DNA of 64,000 nt from a virus (lineage: Duplodnaviria; Caudoviricetes), in the IMG/VR virus record IMGVR_UViG_3300025450_001231. One strand, given 5' to 3'. Position 1 is the stretch's first letter. Each line of letters opens with the position of its first letter. This document shows, in pieces, positions 56,299 through 64,000 of this stretch. Both the position numbers and the translations under genes were made by a program. A model generated the notes under the pieces. The model had not been told where the DNA came from, searched no databases, and saw only the letters and a program-made list of their open reading frames with translations.

Positions 56299-57029
56299 CA
56301 CGTGAAGAATGGATCAATAAATGTAATGATTGGAAATCTGCTTGGCCAGTTATTCAGCCCGAATACTTTGATGATGCCGATGGTACGGTGAATATCTACG
56401 CAGTATTAGATGCAATTAACCAACACAGCGGTGCATACCAAGTGTTAATGGGAGATGCTGGCAGTATCAGCTACGCAGGCCCAGTAGCATTGAAGGCCAA
56501 AGCAGGTCAAAGATTTGTGTTTAACCCTGCTCAAGCTGATATGGGATGGGCACTGCCTGCGGCCATTGGAGTGGCACTTGCTGGAGGCAATGTTATTAGT
56601 ATCATCGGTGACGGTAGTTTTATGAGTAACTTACAGGAGCTAGCAGTTGTTCGCCAACACAACCTAAATATCAAGTTTATTATTTTGAATAACAGTGGAT
56701 ACTTGAGTATTAGAAACACACAAACCAAATACTTTAACGGTCGAGTGTTTGGTACTAGTAACGAAACTGGACTTTGGTTCCCTAAATTCAAAGACATTGC
56801 AGATTCGTTTGAAATTGGTTATGCAGAAGTCAATGGTGTTGCGGGATTAGCTGACTTTGCCCAATTATTATCAGCACCAGGTCCTGCTATCATCAACTGT
56901 ATTTGCAAAGCCGAACAGGAAATTTTGCCAGCACAGGCATTGAAAAATGGCAAGCAAGCTGGGTTACACGATATGACACCATTCTTGACAGACGAAGAAT
57001 TATCTGCGGAAATGATAGTCAAAGTCTAA
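56295..57029 (+). CDS. ThDP-dependent enzyme, C-terminal PP domain
   Basis: MGWALPAAIG and GDGSFM...LNN ThDP-binding motif. Confidence 0.85.
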   Translation: MTREEWINKCNDWKSAWPVIQPEYFDDADGTVNIYAVLDAINQHSGAYQVLMGDAGSISYAGPVALKAKAGQRFVFNPAQADMGWALPAAIGVALAGGNVISIIGDGSFMSNLQELAVVRQHNLNIKFIILNNSGYLSIRNTQTKYFNGRVFGTSNETGLWFPKFKDIADSFEIGYAEVNGVAGLADFAQLLSAPGPAIINCICKAEQEILPAQALKNGKQAGLHDMTPFLTDEELSAEMIVKV

Positions 57030-57040
57030 TAAATATCAGT

Positions 57041-57433
57041 ATGAGTGCATACTGGCAAGACTATGTAAAAGCTGCTTATGATCTTATACTGGAAAGTGAA
57101 GGTCAAACTGCAGTTTACTTGGACAATGATGTAGAACAATATGTTGTACATCTTTTTGCAAAAAATTTCCAAAGAACTGATATCGGCGAACAACCAATTG
57201 CAATACAGATGTTGGAAGCGGTTAATGGTAAACAGTTTGATCGTTATCAAACCATAGCAGATGAATGTTTGCTAATTCACAGTTACCCATTAAAACGCAG
57301 ACGCTGGCCCACCGAAACTTACTATTTGGATATGGGCACCACTGCATACGGTATGGCCAATATTGAAATTATGGAGCATAATTTCCAAACGGCCAGTCAG
57401 GTATTACACACAGTTTTCAGCAAGATTGGTTAA
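57041..57433 (+). CDS. hypothetical protein
   Basis: ATG 57041 preceded by a TAAATA motif. Confidence 0.6.
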   Translation: MSAYWQDYVKAAYDLILESEGQTAVYLDNDVEQYVVHLFAKNFQRTDIGEQPIAIQMLEAVNGKQFDRYQTIADECLLIHSYPLKRRRWPTETYYLDMGTTAYGMANIEIMEHNFQTASQVLHTVFSKIG

Positions 57434-57441
57434 AATAACCG

Positions 57442-57470
57442 TTGACCTAAAATGCATAATATGCTATTAT
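57442..57470 (+). promoter_or_regulatory. sigma70-type promoter
   Basis: TTGACC-17-TATTAT. Confidence 0.6.
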
Positions 57471-57501
57471 TATGTATAACTTAACCACACAAAGGTCTAC
57501 T

Positions 57502-57657
57502 ATGTTTGAATCAATTGAAATCCGTAAAGCCGCAAATGGCTTCATCTTAGTCGTCAATACCGAAGACGAAAGCAAAGAATTTGTTTACGATACCAGTCGT
57601 AAGGCAATGAGAGTACTAAAGCAATATTTAGAAGCTGATAACAAAAGCGAAGAATAA
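57502..57657 (+). CDS. small hypothetical protein (51 aa)
   Basis: MFESIEIRKAANGFIL...; AAAGG RBS. Confidence 0.65.
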   Translation: MFESIEIRKAANGFILVVNTEDESKEFVYDTSRKAMRVLKQYLEADNKSEE

Positions 57658-57736
57658 CCCGCCAAATTGGCAAGGTATTGCAAATTAATCCCAATGGTGT
57701 TATACTAATGGTTCACTACAAATAAAGGAATTAATT

Positions 57737-57829
57737 ATGGAATGTACTTTCTGCAGAAAATGGCACTTCAAGGGCATCGAAACTTGCACCGAAGCACCTA
57801 AAAAACCCGCACCGCAAAAAGCTCAGTAA
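57737..57829 (+). CDS. tiny Cys-containing protein (30 aa)
   Basis: AAGGA RBS; MECTFCRKWHFKGIETCTEAPKKPAPQKAQ. Confidence 0.5.
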   Translation: MECTFCRKWHFKGIETCTEAPKKPAPQKAQ

Positions 57830-57908
57830 TTGTTGTAAAAAAGTAACAAGCAGTTTGCCCAAATTTGGGCATTCTGCTATAATTGTAACTTAACAACAAG
57901 GAGCTAGT

Positions 57909-58196
57909 ATGCAGTTTAACACATCACCTGTTAGTACTTTGTATGTAAAAGTTAATTTTAAGCGTAGTCCCTATAAACGGGACGTTACAGCTTTGCGTAT
58001 AGTTGCCCAAACTTACTCCAATTTTGTCAGCAACAATGCGTTATTTTTAGTAGATTTGCCCCCAAAAACGGCAAGTTTATTAACAGTAGAGGCAGCAGTA
58101 GAAGCACTAAAAACTCGTGCAAACGCCTTAAATGTTAGTGTTAAAATGCCCAATAATGTATACAAAACACTTGCACGTCGTGTAGCTGTTGCATAA
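57909..58196 (+). CDS. hypothetical early protein
   Basis: AAGGAG RBS; extended -10 promoter at 57875-83. Confidence 0.65.
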   Translation: MQFNTSPVSTLYVKVNFKRSPYKRDVTALRIVAQTYSNFVSNNALFLVDLPPKTASLLTVEAAVEALKTRANALNVSVKMPNNVYKTLARRVAVA

Positions 58197-58231
58197 AAAC
58201 AACACTAAAAGCCTGCCATTTTGGTGGGTTT

Positions 58232-58260
58232 TTGACACAAATTCTGTCTTTTGCTATAAT
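58232..58260 (+). promoter_or_regulatory. sigma70-type promoter
   Basis: TTGACA-17-TATAAT with an extended TG. Confidence 0.88.
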
Positions 58261-58292
58261 ACTTGTATAGTAATTAAAAAGGAGCTAACAAA

Positions 58293-59321
58293 ATGTCACA
58301 GTTTATTCAAATTACACAAGGCACTTATCGTAATCAGCCAGTTAACGGTATGGTGTTTGAGCTAGTAGAACAGTATAAATCAGGTGCAAATGGTGGTTTT
58401 GTTACTGTTAAAAATAACGGCACTTTCCCAGATTTTCCAGAAAAACTTCGCATTAGATGCGGCGGAATGGACAGTTACAATTTTACAACTTCGACGGAGA
58501 ATACAACAATGGTAAAAACAGTTACCGCACCAATGGCAGTAGTAGAAACAGATGAGCAAGCCATTGAGCGTATTAGAGAGCGTTTTGAAATCCTTACAGA
58601 AATGACCAAAGCTGCTACCAATGGCGACATTCGTGCTATGATTGTGTCAGGCCCCCCTGGAGTTGGTAAGAGTTTTGGCGTAGAGCAAGAAATAGAAAAG
58701 GCTTGCTTGTTCGACCAAATTGCAGGCAAGAAACTCCGCGCAGAAGTTGTAAAAGGTTCTGCAACTGCTCTTGGATTGTATAGTACACTCTACAAGTATT
58801 CGGACAGTAATTGTGTGTTGGTGTTTGACGACTGTGACAGTATTTTGCTAGATGATGTTGCACTCAACTTGCTTAAAGGTGCGCTTGACTCAGGTAAGAA
58901 ACGCAAAATCTCTTGGTTGTCAGACAGCAATTTGTTGCGTAGAGAAGGTATCCCAGATAGTTTTACATTCAGCGGTAGTGTTATCTTTATTACCAACTTG
59001 AAGTTTGACCAAATGAAATCTCAAAAGTTACGTGACCACTTGGATGCACTCCAGTCACGTTGCCACTATTTGGATTTGACATTGGATACACAGCGTGATA
59101 AATTGTTGCGTATTCAGCAGATTGCCAAAGATGGCGTATTGTTTTCGGACTATGATTTCGAGCAAGTTACACAAGACGAGATCATTGAGTTTATGAATGA
59201 GAACAAAGACCGTTTGCGTGAATTGAGTTTGCGTATGGCTCTTAAGATTGCAGATTTGCGCAAGAGTTTCCCTACTCGCTGGAAAGCAATGGCTACCACA
59301 ACTTGTATGAAAGCTGCTTAA
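58293..59321 (+). CDS. phage AAA+ ATPase
   Basis: SGPPGVGKS, VLVFDDCD, FITN, ALQSRC. Confidence 0.88.
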   Translation: MSQFIQITQGTYRNQPVNGMVFELVEQYKSGANGGFVTVKNNGTFPDFPEKLRIRCGGMDSYNFTTSTENTTMVKTVTAPMAVVETDEQAIERIRERFEILTEMTKAATNGDIRAMIVSGPPGVGKSFGVEQEIEKACLFDQIAGKKLRAEVVKGSATALGLYSTLYKYSDSNCVLVFDDCDSILLDDVALNLLKGALDSGKKRKISWLSDSNLLRREGIPDSFTFSGSVIFITNLKFDQMKSQKLRDHLDALQSRCHYLDLTLDTQRDKLLRIQQIAKDGVLFSDYDFEQVTQDEIIEFMNENKDRLRELSLRMALKIADLRKSFPTRWKAMATTTCMKAA

Positions 59322-59548
59322 TGTATACTGCTAAAGATAAAGCAGTGATGAAACTTTGCGAAGGGGAAAAAGGATTCGCCATCTTAGATAGTATGGTTAC
59401 TTATCCCCGTGCCAGTATAGAATTCAGTGTTGATTGTCCTGCAGAATACATACAGATGATTCGGCGAGCACATATGAAGGGTTGGTTAAAACTGGTTGCA
59501 TACGTTAAGGAAGAAGAATACATATGGAATCGATTGCAAAGTGAGTAA
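59321..59548 (+). CDS. hypothetical protein
   Basis: Coupled to the ATPase via TAATG. Confidence 0.6.
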   Translation: MYTAKDKAVMKLCEGEKGFAILDSMVTYPRASIEFSVDCPAEYIQMIRRAHMKGWLKLVAYVKEEEYIWNRLQSE

Positions 59549-59564
59549 GTTGTTTTTCTGTTTC

Positions 59565-59601
59565 GGTTGCCTACTTTTCTCAGTTAGCTCCTCGGGCAAC
59601 C
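59565..59601 (+). ncRNA. stem-loop with anti-RBS loop (candidate sRNA)
   Basis: GGTTGCC/GGCAACC stem; loop GTTAGCTCCT is the reverse complement of AGGAGCTAAC at 58280-89. Confidence 0.45.
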
Positions 59602-59607
59602 TTTTAT

Positions 59608-59634
59608 AAGCTCTACTTCGGTAGAGCTTTTTTT
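59608..59634 (+). terminator. intrinsic terminator
   Basis: AAGCTCTAC-TTCG-GTAGAGCTT plus T run. Confidence 0.9.
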
Positions 59635-59667
59635 GACTTTGTTTTACAAGTGTGTTAGAATTAACAA

Positions 59668-60705
59668 ATGATAAAATTCAATTACGTAGAAGATTACATA
59701 GAGTTTTTTGCTGGTGACAGAGATGCCGCCGGCACGCTCATTGGTTTGTTTGACAGTCACAAATCTCCCATTAGTCTTGCAAGATACGATATTGCTATTG
59801 TCAGCAGTTTAAGTTCGCAAGTGGTTCATCATAACAAAGCCTACACTGACAAACAAGCAGACTTGGCCAAAAGACTGGTTATCAAATACACAAGACAACT
59901 GTCTAGACTGTCTCCGCCTGTTGCAGTGCCCGATGACCTACAGTTTAGAATGGGCATTAGAGTTGTTGATAGGACCAAGAGCATAACAGAAACCGACGAA
60001 TATTATGTTATGCGATTCCCCTACGATAATGATTTTATCAATACAATCAAAAAGCAAATCAAAGAAGGCCAGGGCAAAATACTGTTCGACAAAGAACTAA
60101 GAGCTTGGTGCCTTGCTAAAACTGAATACAATTTGAATTGGCTAGTGACTATAGCTCCCACGTATGAATTCGAAATAGCACCCAGTATTCTCGCACAATA
60201 TGATCAATTGACCGAAGTAGAAGCCAAAGGGTATACAATTGAATTGATACAAACGGGCGATCACTACACTATTACCAACGCCGCCGATAGTCTAATAGAC
60301 TATGTTAACAGTAAATTGGGGGGCTTTGGTTTAGACAATTTACTCACATTAGTAGACAACAGCTCGGTATTAGGTTATAATGTAAACCAAGACCTACTGA
60401 ATACGTTATACAGTATGTACGATCCCGATACCGTAGATTATTTAACTGAAAGAGTTGTCAGTAAAGAAACTGACAAACTTGGTTCAATAGTCAAGTATGC
60501 TAAATTGGTAAATAGATTGCCCGTTTACATATATGACAATGCTGCTGATAGAGTTGTTGTTGACGATCCTGCAGTTGTGTATTTGGCAAGAACAAGCCCC
60601 AGTGATCTACAACCTAAATTGATAGTAACACATACTGCAATGATGATAGGTTCCAAAAAACAAAGTTGGTTAGCCAACAGTGAAAAAATAATTAAACTAG
60701 AATGA
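59668..60705 (+). CDS. hypothetical protein (helicase-associated)
   Basis: 345 aa ORF coupled to uvsW; promoter TTGACT-17-TAGAAT, leaderless. Confidence 0.65.
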   Translation: MIKFNYVEDYIEFFAGDRDAAGTLIGLFDSHKSPISLARYDIAIVSSLSSQVVHHNKAYTDKQADLAKRLVIKYTRQLSRLSPPVAVPDDLQFRMGIRVVDRTKSITETDEYYVMRFPYDNDFINTIKKQIKEGQGKILFDKELRAWCLAKTEYNLNWLVTIAPTYEFEIAPSILAQYDQLTEVEAKGYTIELIQTGDHYTITNAADSLIDYVNSKLGGFGLDNLLTLVDNSSVLGYNVNQDLLNTLYSMYDPDTVDYLTERVVSKETDKLGSIVKYAKLVNRLPVYIYDNAADRVVVDDPAVVYLARTSPSDLQPKLIVTHTAMMIGSKKQSWLANSEKIIKLE

Positions 60706-62159
60706 ACTGTACACTAATAATCAAAGACGAAGTCAACTTGAAAATCGAGGGGCTGGATCTTACCACAAGAAAAAATCTAGTTAACAAATTCAAATTTGAA
60801 ATACCTGGTGCCAGATATACTCCTGCAGTTAGGCTGGGACGATGGGATGGCAAAGTAGCATTTTTTGCACTGGGCGGTACTAGTTATATCAACTTACTGC
60901 CAGAAATTTTGCCTTACTTGGAAGAACAGGGCTACGATGTAGAAATTGTTGACCAACGTGAGTACAGCACTACATTCAGCTTTGATGAAATACGCGAAGA
61001 CAGTTTTAGTCATATCAAGTGGCCACCCAAACACGAACGTGCAGGTCAGCCTGTGATGTTGCGTGACTATCAAGTTGGTATTATCAACAAGTTTTTAGCC
61101 AACCCCCAATGCTTGCAAGAAGTAGCTACAGGTGCAGGTAAAACTATTATGACTGCCAGCCTGAGTGCGTGTGTTGAAAAGTATGGTCGCAGTATTGTTA
61201 TTGTTCCCAACAAAAGTTTGGTAACTCAAACTGAAGCTGACTATATCAATATGGGATTAGATGTTGGAGTTTACTTTGGTGACCGCAAAGAGTTTGGCCG
61301 TACACATACTATTTGTACTTGGCAAAGTCTAAACAATCTGCTTAAAAACACACAAGCAGGAACTGCAGAAGTAACTGTTGGTGAGTTTATTGAAGGTGTA
61401 GTGTGTGTAATGGTCGATGAAGCACATATGGCCAAAGCCGACGCATTGAAGACGATTCTCACAAGTGTGTTTGCCCGAGTACCTATTAGGTGGGGATTGA
61501 CCGGCACTATTCCCAAAGAGGATTTTGAGTTTATGTCCTTGCGTTGTAGTTTAGGCGAAGTATTGGGAAGACTCAGTGCCAGTGAACTACAGGAAGCAGG
61601 TCATTTGGCCAGTTGTCACGTTAAAGTACGTCAATTGGTAGACTATGTAGAGTACAAGGACTATCAACAAGAGCTCAAGTATCTTACTGAAAATGACGAG
61701 CGTATAGAATACATTGCTAATTTTATTGACAACATCAAAGAGTCAGGCAATACATTAATACTAGTTGATAGAGTTGCCAGCGGAAAACTTATTGTAAACA
61801 AATTAGGCGACCGTGCAGTATTTGTAAGTGGAGCCACTAAATCAAAGAATCGAAAAGAGGAATATGATGAGATTGCAACAAGTACTAATAAGATTTTGGT
61901 GGCGACTTATGGTGTGGCCGCTGTTGGTATTAATATCCCTAGGATTTTTAATTTGGTTCTTCTGGAGCCCGGAAAAAGCTTTGTTCGCGTTATACAATCA
62001 ATTGGGCGAGGCATTAGAAAAGCGGAGGACAAAGACTTTGTCCAAATCTGGGACATCACATCGACGTGTAAGTTTGCAAAAAGGCATCTCACTAAAAGAA
62101 AGGCTTTCTATAAAGAAGCGAACTATCCATTCGAAGTGGAAAAGATAACTTGGCATTGA
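60702..62159 (+). CDS. uvsW: SF2 DNA helicase (UvsW-like)
   Basis: LRDYQ, ATGAGKT, VDEAH, GLTGT, QSIGRGIR. Confidence 0.9.
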   Translation: MNCTLIIKDEVNLKIEGLDLTTRKNLVNKFKFEIPGARYTPAVRLGRWDGKVAFFALGGTSYINLLPEILPYLEEQGYDVEIVDQREYSTTFSFDEIREDSFSHIKWPPKHERAGQPVMLRDYQVGIINKFLANPQCLQEVATGAGKTIMTASLSACVEKYGRSIVIVPNKSLVTQTEADYINMGLDVGVYFGDRKEFGRTHTICTWQSLNNLLKNTQAGTAEVTVGEFIEGVVCVMVDEAHMAKADALKTILTSVFARVPIRWGLTGTIPKEDFEFMSLRCSLGEVLGRLSASELQEAGHLASCHVKVRQLVDYVEYKDYQQELKYLTENDERIEYIANFIDNIKESGNTLILVDRVASGKLIVNKLGDRAVFVSGATKSKNRKEEYDEIATSTNKILVATYGVAAVGINIPRIFNLVLLEPGKSFVRVIQSIGRGIRKAEDKDFVQIWDITSTCKFAKRHLTKRKAFYKEANYPFEVEKITWH

Positions 62160-62184
62160 CATTGCCAGGTCGTTAGTGTATACT
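62156..62184 (+). promoter_or_regulatory. sigma70-type promoter
   Basis: TTGACA-17-TATACT. Confidence 0.8.
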
Positions 62185-62210
62185 AACAACATATAACAAG
62201 GATACAGTAA

Positions 62211-62714
62211 GTGCGTTTATTAACATTAGAAAATACCAGCTACGAATTAAATGAAATACCCGAAGAAATAGATGATATCAGATTCTGTGTATTAGATAAT
62301 AGTGATCCCAAGGAACCTGATTACTTTTTTATACCTTTGATCTTTTTAGAAAGTTTTAATAGCCCAGCATTAGTATTGAACATAGGCGGTAATATAATTA
62401 AAATGCCCATAGACTGGCAACTGTTAATTGGAGAACCTGACTTAGGTGACTTAGAAGTTGTTCCTCTTACCAGTATCAATGACCGCGGATTCAGTGTATT
62501 TGCTTTTAATCCAATGGCAGGATTTAGGCCCGAGTTCTTCCCTGTGGAAGTAATCGACATTTACCAAGATGTCAAATGGTACTTTCCTAAACTAAAGCCC
62601 GGCCAGATGTTGGCAGTACCATTAGAGCACGGAGTAAAAAAGCCACTTTGCGTATTTTTTATCAAAGATATTAGTCGTCAAAGTGAGGTTGTTAACTATA
62701 CTAAATGTTGGTAA
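62211..62714 (+). CDS. conserved phage hypothetical protein
   Basis: 167 aa ORF with GTG start. Confidence 0.65.
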   Translation: MRLLTLENTSYELNEIPEEIDDIRFCVLDNSDPKEPDYFFIPLIFLESFNSPALVLNIGGNIIKMPIDWQLLIGEPDLGDLEVVPLTSINDRGFSVFAFNPMAGFRPEFFPVEVIDIYQDVKWYFPKLKPGQMLAVPLEHGVKKPLCVFFIKDISRQSEVVNYTKCW

Positions 62715-62718
62715 TGGT

Positions 62719-63054
62719 ATGGGACAACTAAAACCTGGTGCTACTTACATATACGAACGAGTGGGCAATACCACTTATGCTAGGGAAATGGGCTCTGAGC
62801 CCAGTACCAGATTCCCAATTGGTCACGATTGGGATCCAGTTAGCGGACATAAACTTCCACCTGATGCTAGACTTGTAGACGGAAAAACAGTACACGAGCA
62901 AATAAAAGAAGACCAGATGTGGGGCGAAATCCGTCGGATGGCTCGGACAAATGTTACCTTGCAGTCAGAGTTAGAACGTGTTATAATAGTCTATAACTTG
63001 ATTAAAGAAGAACAAGAAAGAGAAAACAATTCGGTTGCTTATCACAGGGTATAA
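62719..63054 (+). CDS. hypothetical protein
   Basis: LKPGATYIYER N-terminus; ATG 62719. Confidence 0.6.
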   Translation: MGQLKPGATYIYERVGNTTYAREMGSEPSTRFPIGHDWDPVSGHKLPPDARLVDGKTVHEQIKEDQMWGEIRRMARTNVTLQSELERVIIVYNLIKEEQERENNSVAYHRV

Positions 63055-63055
63055 A

Positions 63056-63520
63056 ATGGATAAATTAAGTCTTAACAATGAACTACGACAACTGGATACA
63101 CGTAATCGTGAATTTTATGATGAGTTAACTGACGAAGAAAAGAAAAAGTTCAGTACATATTTAATGTTGCGTTATAGTGCCAGCGTAGAGGGAGATCCTG
63201 ATTTCCAAGAATGGTATCTTAGAGCTACCAATGAACGTGCCAATATCAATTTCTTTGATTTGAATCATCATCCTAAATTACAATGGTTATTGTTAAGTTC
63301 TGTTAGTCCTGGTATGGGAGTCAAAAGACATTATTGGCAAGGTGCCAAAAAAGCCGAAGGCAATAACAACAAGGCCATTAAGTTTTTAACACGCCTAAAT
63401 CCAGAAATGAAAGCAGACGAAATTGAACTATTGGCAGAACTAAACACCACTGCAGATCTTAAAGCACACGCTCGTAGTATGGGAATGTCCGAAGCTGAAA
63501 TTAAAAAGGAATTAGGTTGA
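63056..63520 (+). CDS. probable clamp-loader small subunit (T4 gp62-like)
   Basis: FYDELTDEEKKKFSTYLMLRY...HPKLQWLLL; replication neighbourhood. Confidence 0.5.
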   Translation: MDKLSLNNELRQLDTRNREFYDELTDEEKKKFSTYLMLRYSASVEGDPDFQEWYLRATNERANINFFDLNHHPKLQWLLLSSVSPGMGVKRHYWQGAKKAEGNNNKAIKFLTRLNPEMKADEIELLAELNTTADLKAHARSMGMSEAEIKKELG

Positions 63521-64000
63521 GTTTTACTTGTCGTTACTGTAACAAAGACTTTAGAAAAGAAAGTAGTCTTCTTGCACATCTTTGCGAACCTAAACGACGT
63601 TGGCAACAGGAAAAAGAAACAGGTGTGCAGTTAGGATTAAAAGCCTATTTGAGATTCTATGAAATAACACAAGGTAGTGCAAAATTAAAATCCTACAAAG
63701 ATTTTGTTGCCAGTCCTTATTATAGTGCGTTTGTCAAGTACGGCAGATACTTGGTTGCTATTCGTGCGGTAAATACCACTAGCTTTACTGAATGGCTATT
63801 AAGAAACAATAAGAAATTAGACAATTGGTGCAAAGATACATTGTATACCGAATGGCTATTTGATTATATGAAAAAAGAATCAGTGCAAGACGCACTGGAA
63901 AGAGCATTCAAAGAAATGCAGGAATATGCAGACGATCAAACAAGTTCTACAGTTAATTTTAACGACTATTTCCGTGTTGCGGGCAATAGTCTTGTGTGTT
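63517..64000 (+). CDS. zinc-finger-containing hypothetical protein, 3-prime truncated
   Basis: TTG start; CRYC...HLC; open to the window end. Confidence 0.65.
   Translation, partial: MSFTCRYCNKDFRKESSLLAHLCEPKRRWQQEKETGVQLGLKAYLRFYEITQGSAKLKSYKDFVASPYYSAFVKYGRYLVAIRAVNTTSFTEWLLRNNKKLDNWCKDTLYTEWLFDYMKKESVQDALERAFKEMQEYADDQTSSTVNFNDYFRVAGNSLVC

Noticed and set aside
56903-57040. Upstream extension of the 56903-57433 ORF and similar long overlaps (7636, 44654, 55264, 62683, 63035)
   Set aside because: They overlap upstream genes; downstream ATGs fit translational coupling or promoters better
1-64000. Genome-wide alternative genetic code (stop recoding, or TTA as Ser)
   Set aside because: Conserved genes are intact in code 11, all three stop codons terminate genes, no suppressor tRNA was seen, and TTA encodes conserved Leu in rpoZ
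1-64000. CRISPR array, tmRNA, rRNA, integrase or IS element
   Set aside because: No regularly spaced direct repeats, no tmRNA ends or tag frame, and no integrase/transposase motifs were recognised

Overview
The window is an AT-rich segment of a large T4-like (jumbo) myophage genome, not a bacterial chromosome. It carries neck, tail terminator, sheath, tube, head-completion and terminase genes; gp32, UvsX, UvsY, UvsW and dNMP kinase; two sugar-nucleotide/glycosyltransferase clusters with 2OG-Fe(II) oxygenases; nadE, rpoZ and a parvulin; a DNA methyltransferase next to a nuclease-like gene; three HNH genes; and a tRNA array at 38.3-43.9 kb (about 24 recognisable tRNA genes plus odd tRNA-like elements). 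Small host-like genes (DUF3579-like, DUF3563-like) suggest a betaproteobacterial host (inference). The strongest candidate for an undescribed system is a transcription attenuator at 38439-38681. A perfect sigma70 promoter drives a leaderless 47-codon peptide that contains all 20 amino acids and 33 different codons, and its stop codon lies inside an antiterminator that competes with an intrinsic terminator. It could act as a general sensor of translation capacity, gating rpoZ and tRNA genes. Other highlights are a group I intron in tRNA-Leu(UAA), a Ser-body tRNA with a UAA anticodon, a basic ORF whose stop codon lies inside tRNA-Lys, an HNH gene splitting tRNA-Val, a possibly capsid-targeted nuclease paired with an early methyltransferase, and a 3-prime stem-loop complementary to the ribosome-binding sites of upstream early genes. 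All protein calls come from motif recognition by eye; no database search was run.
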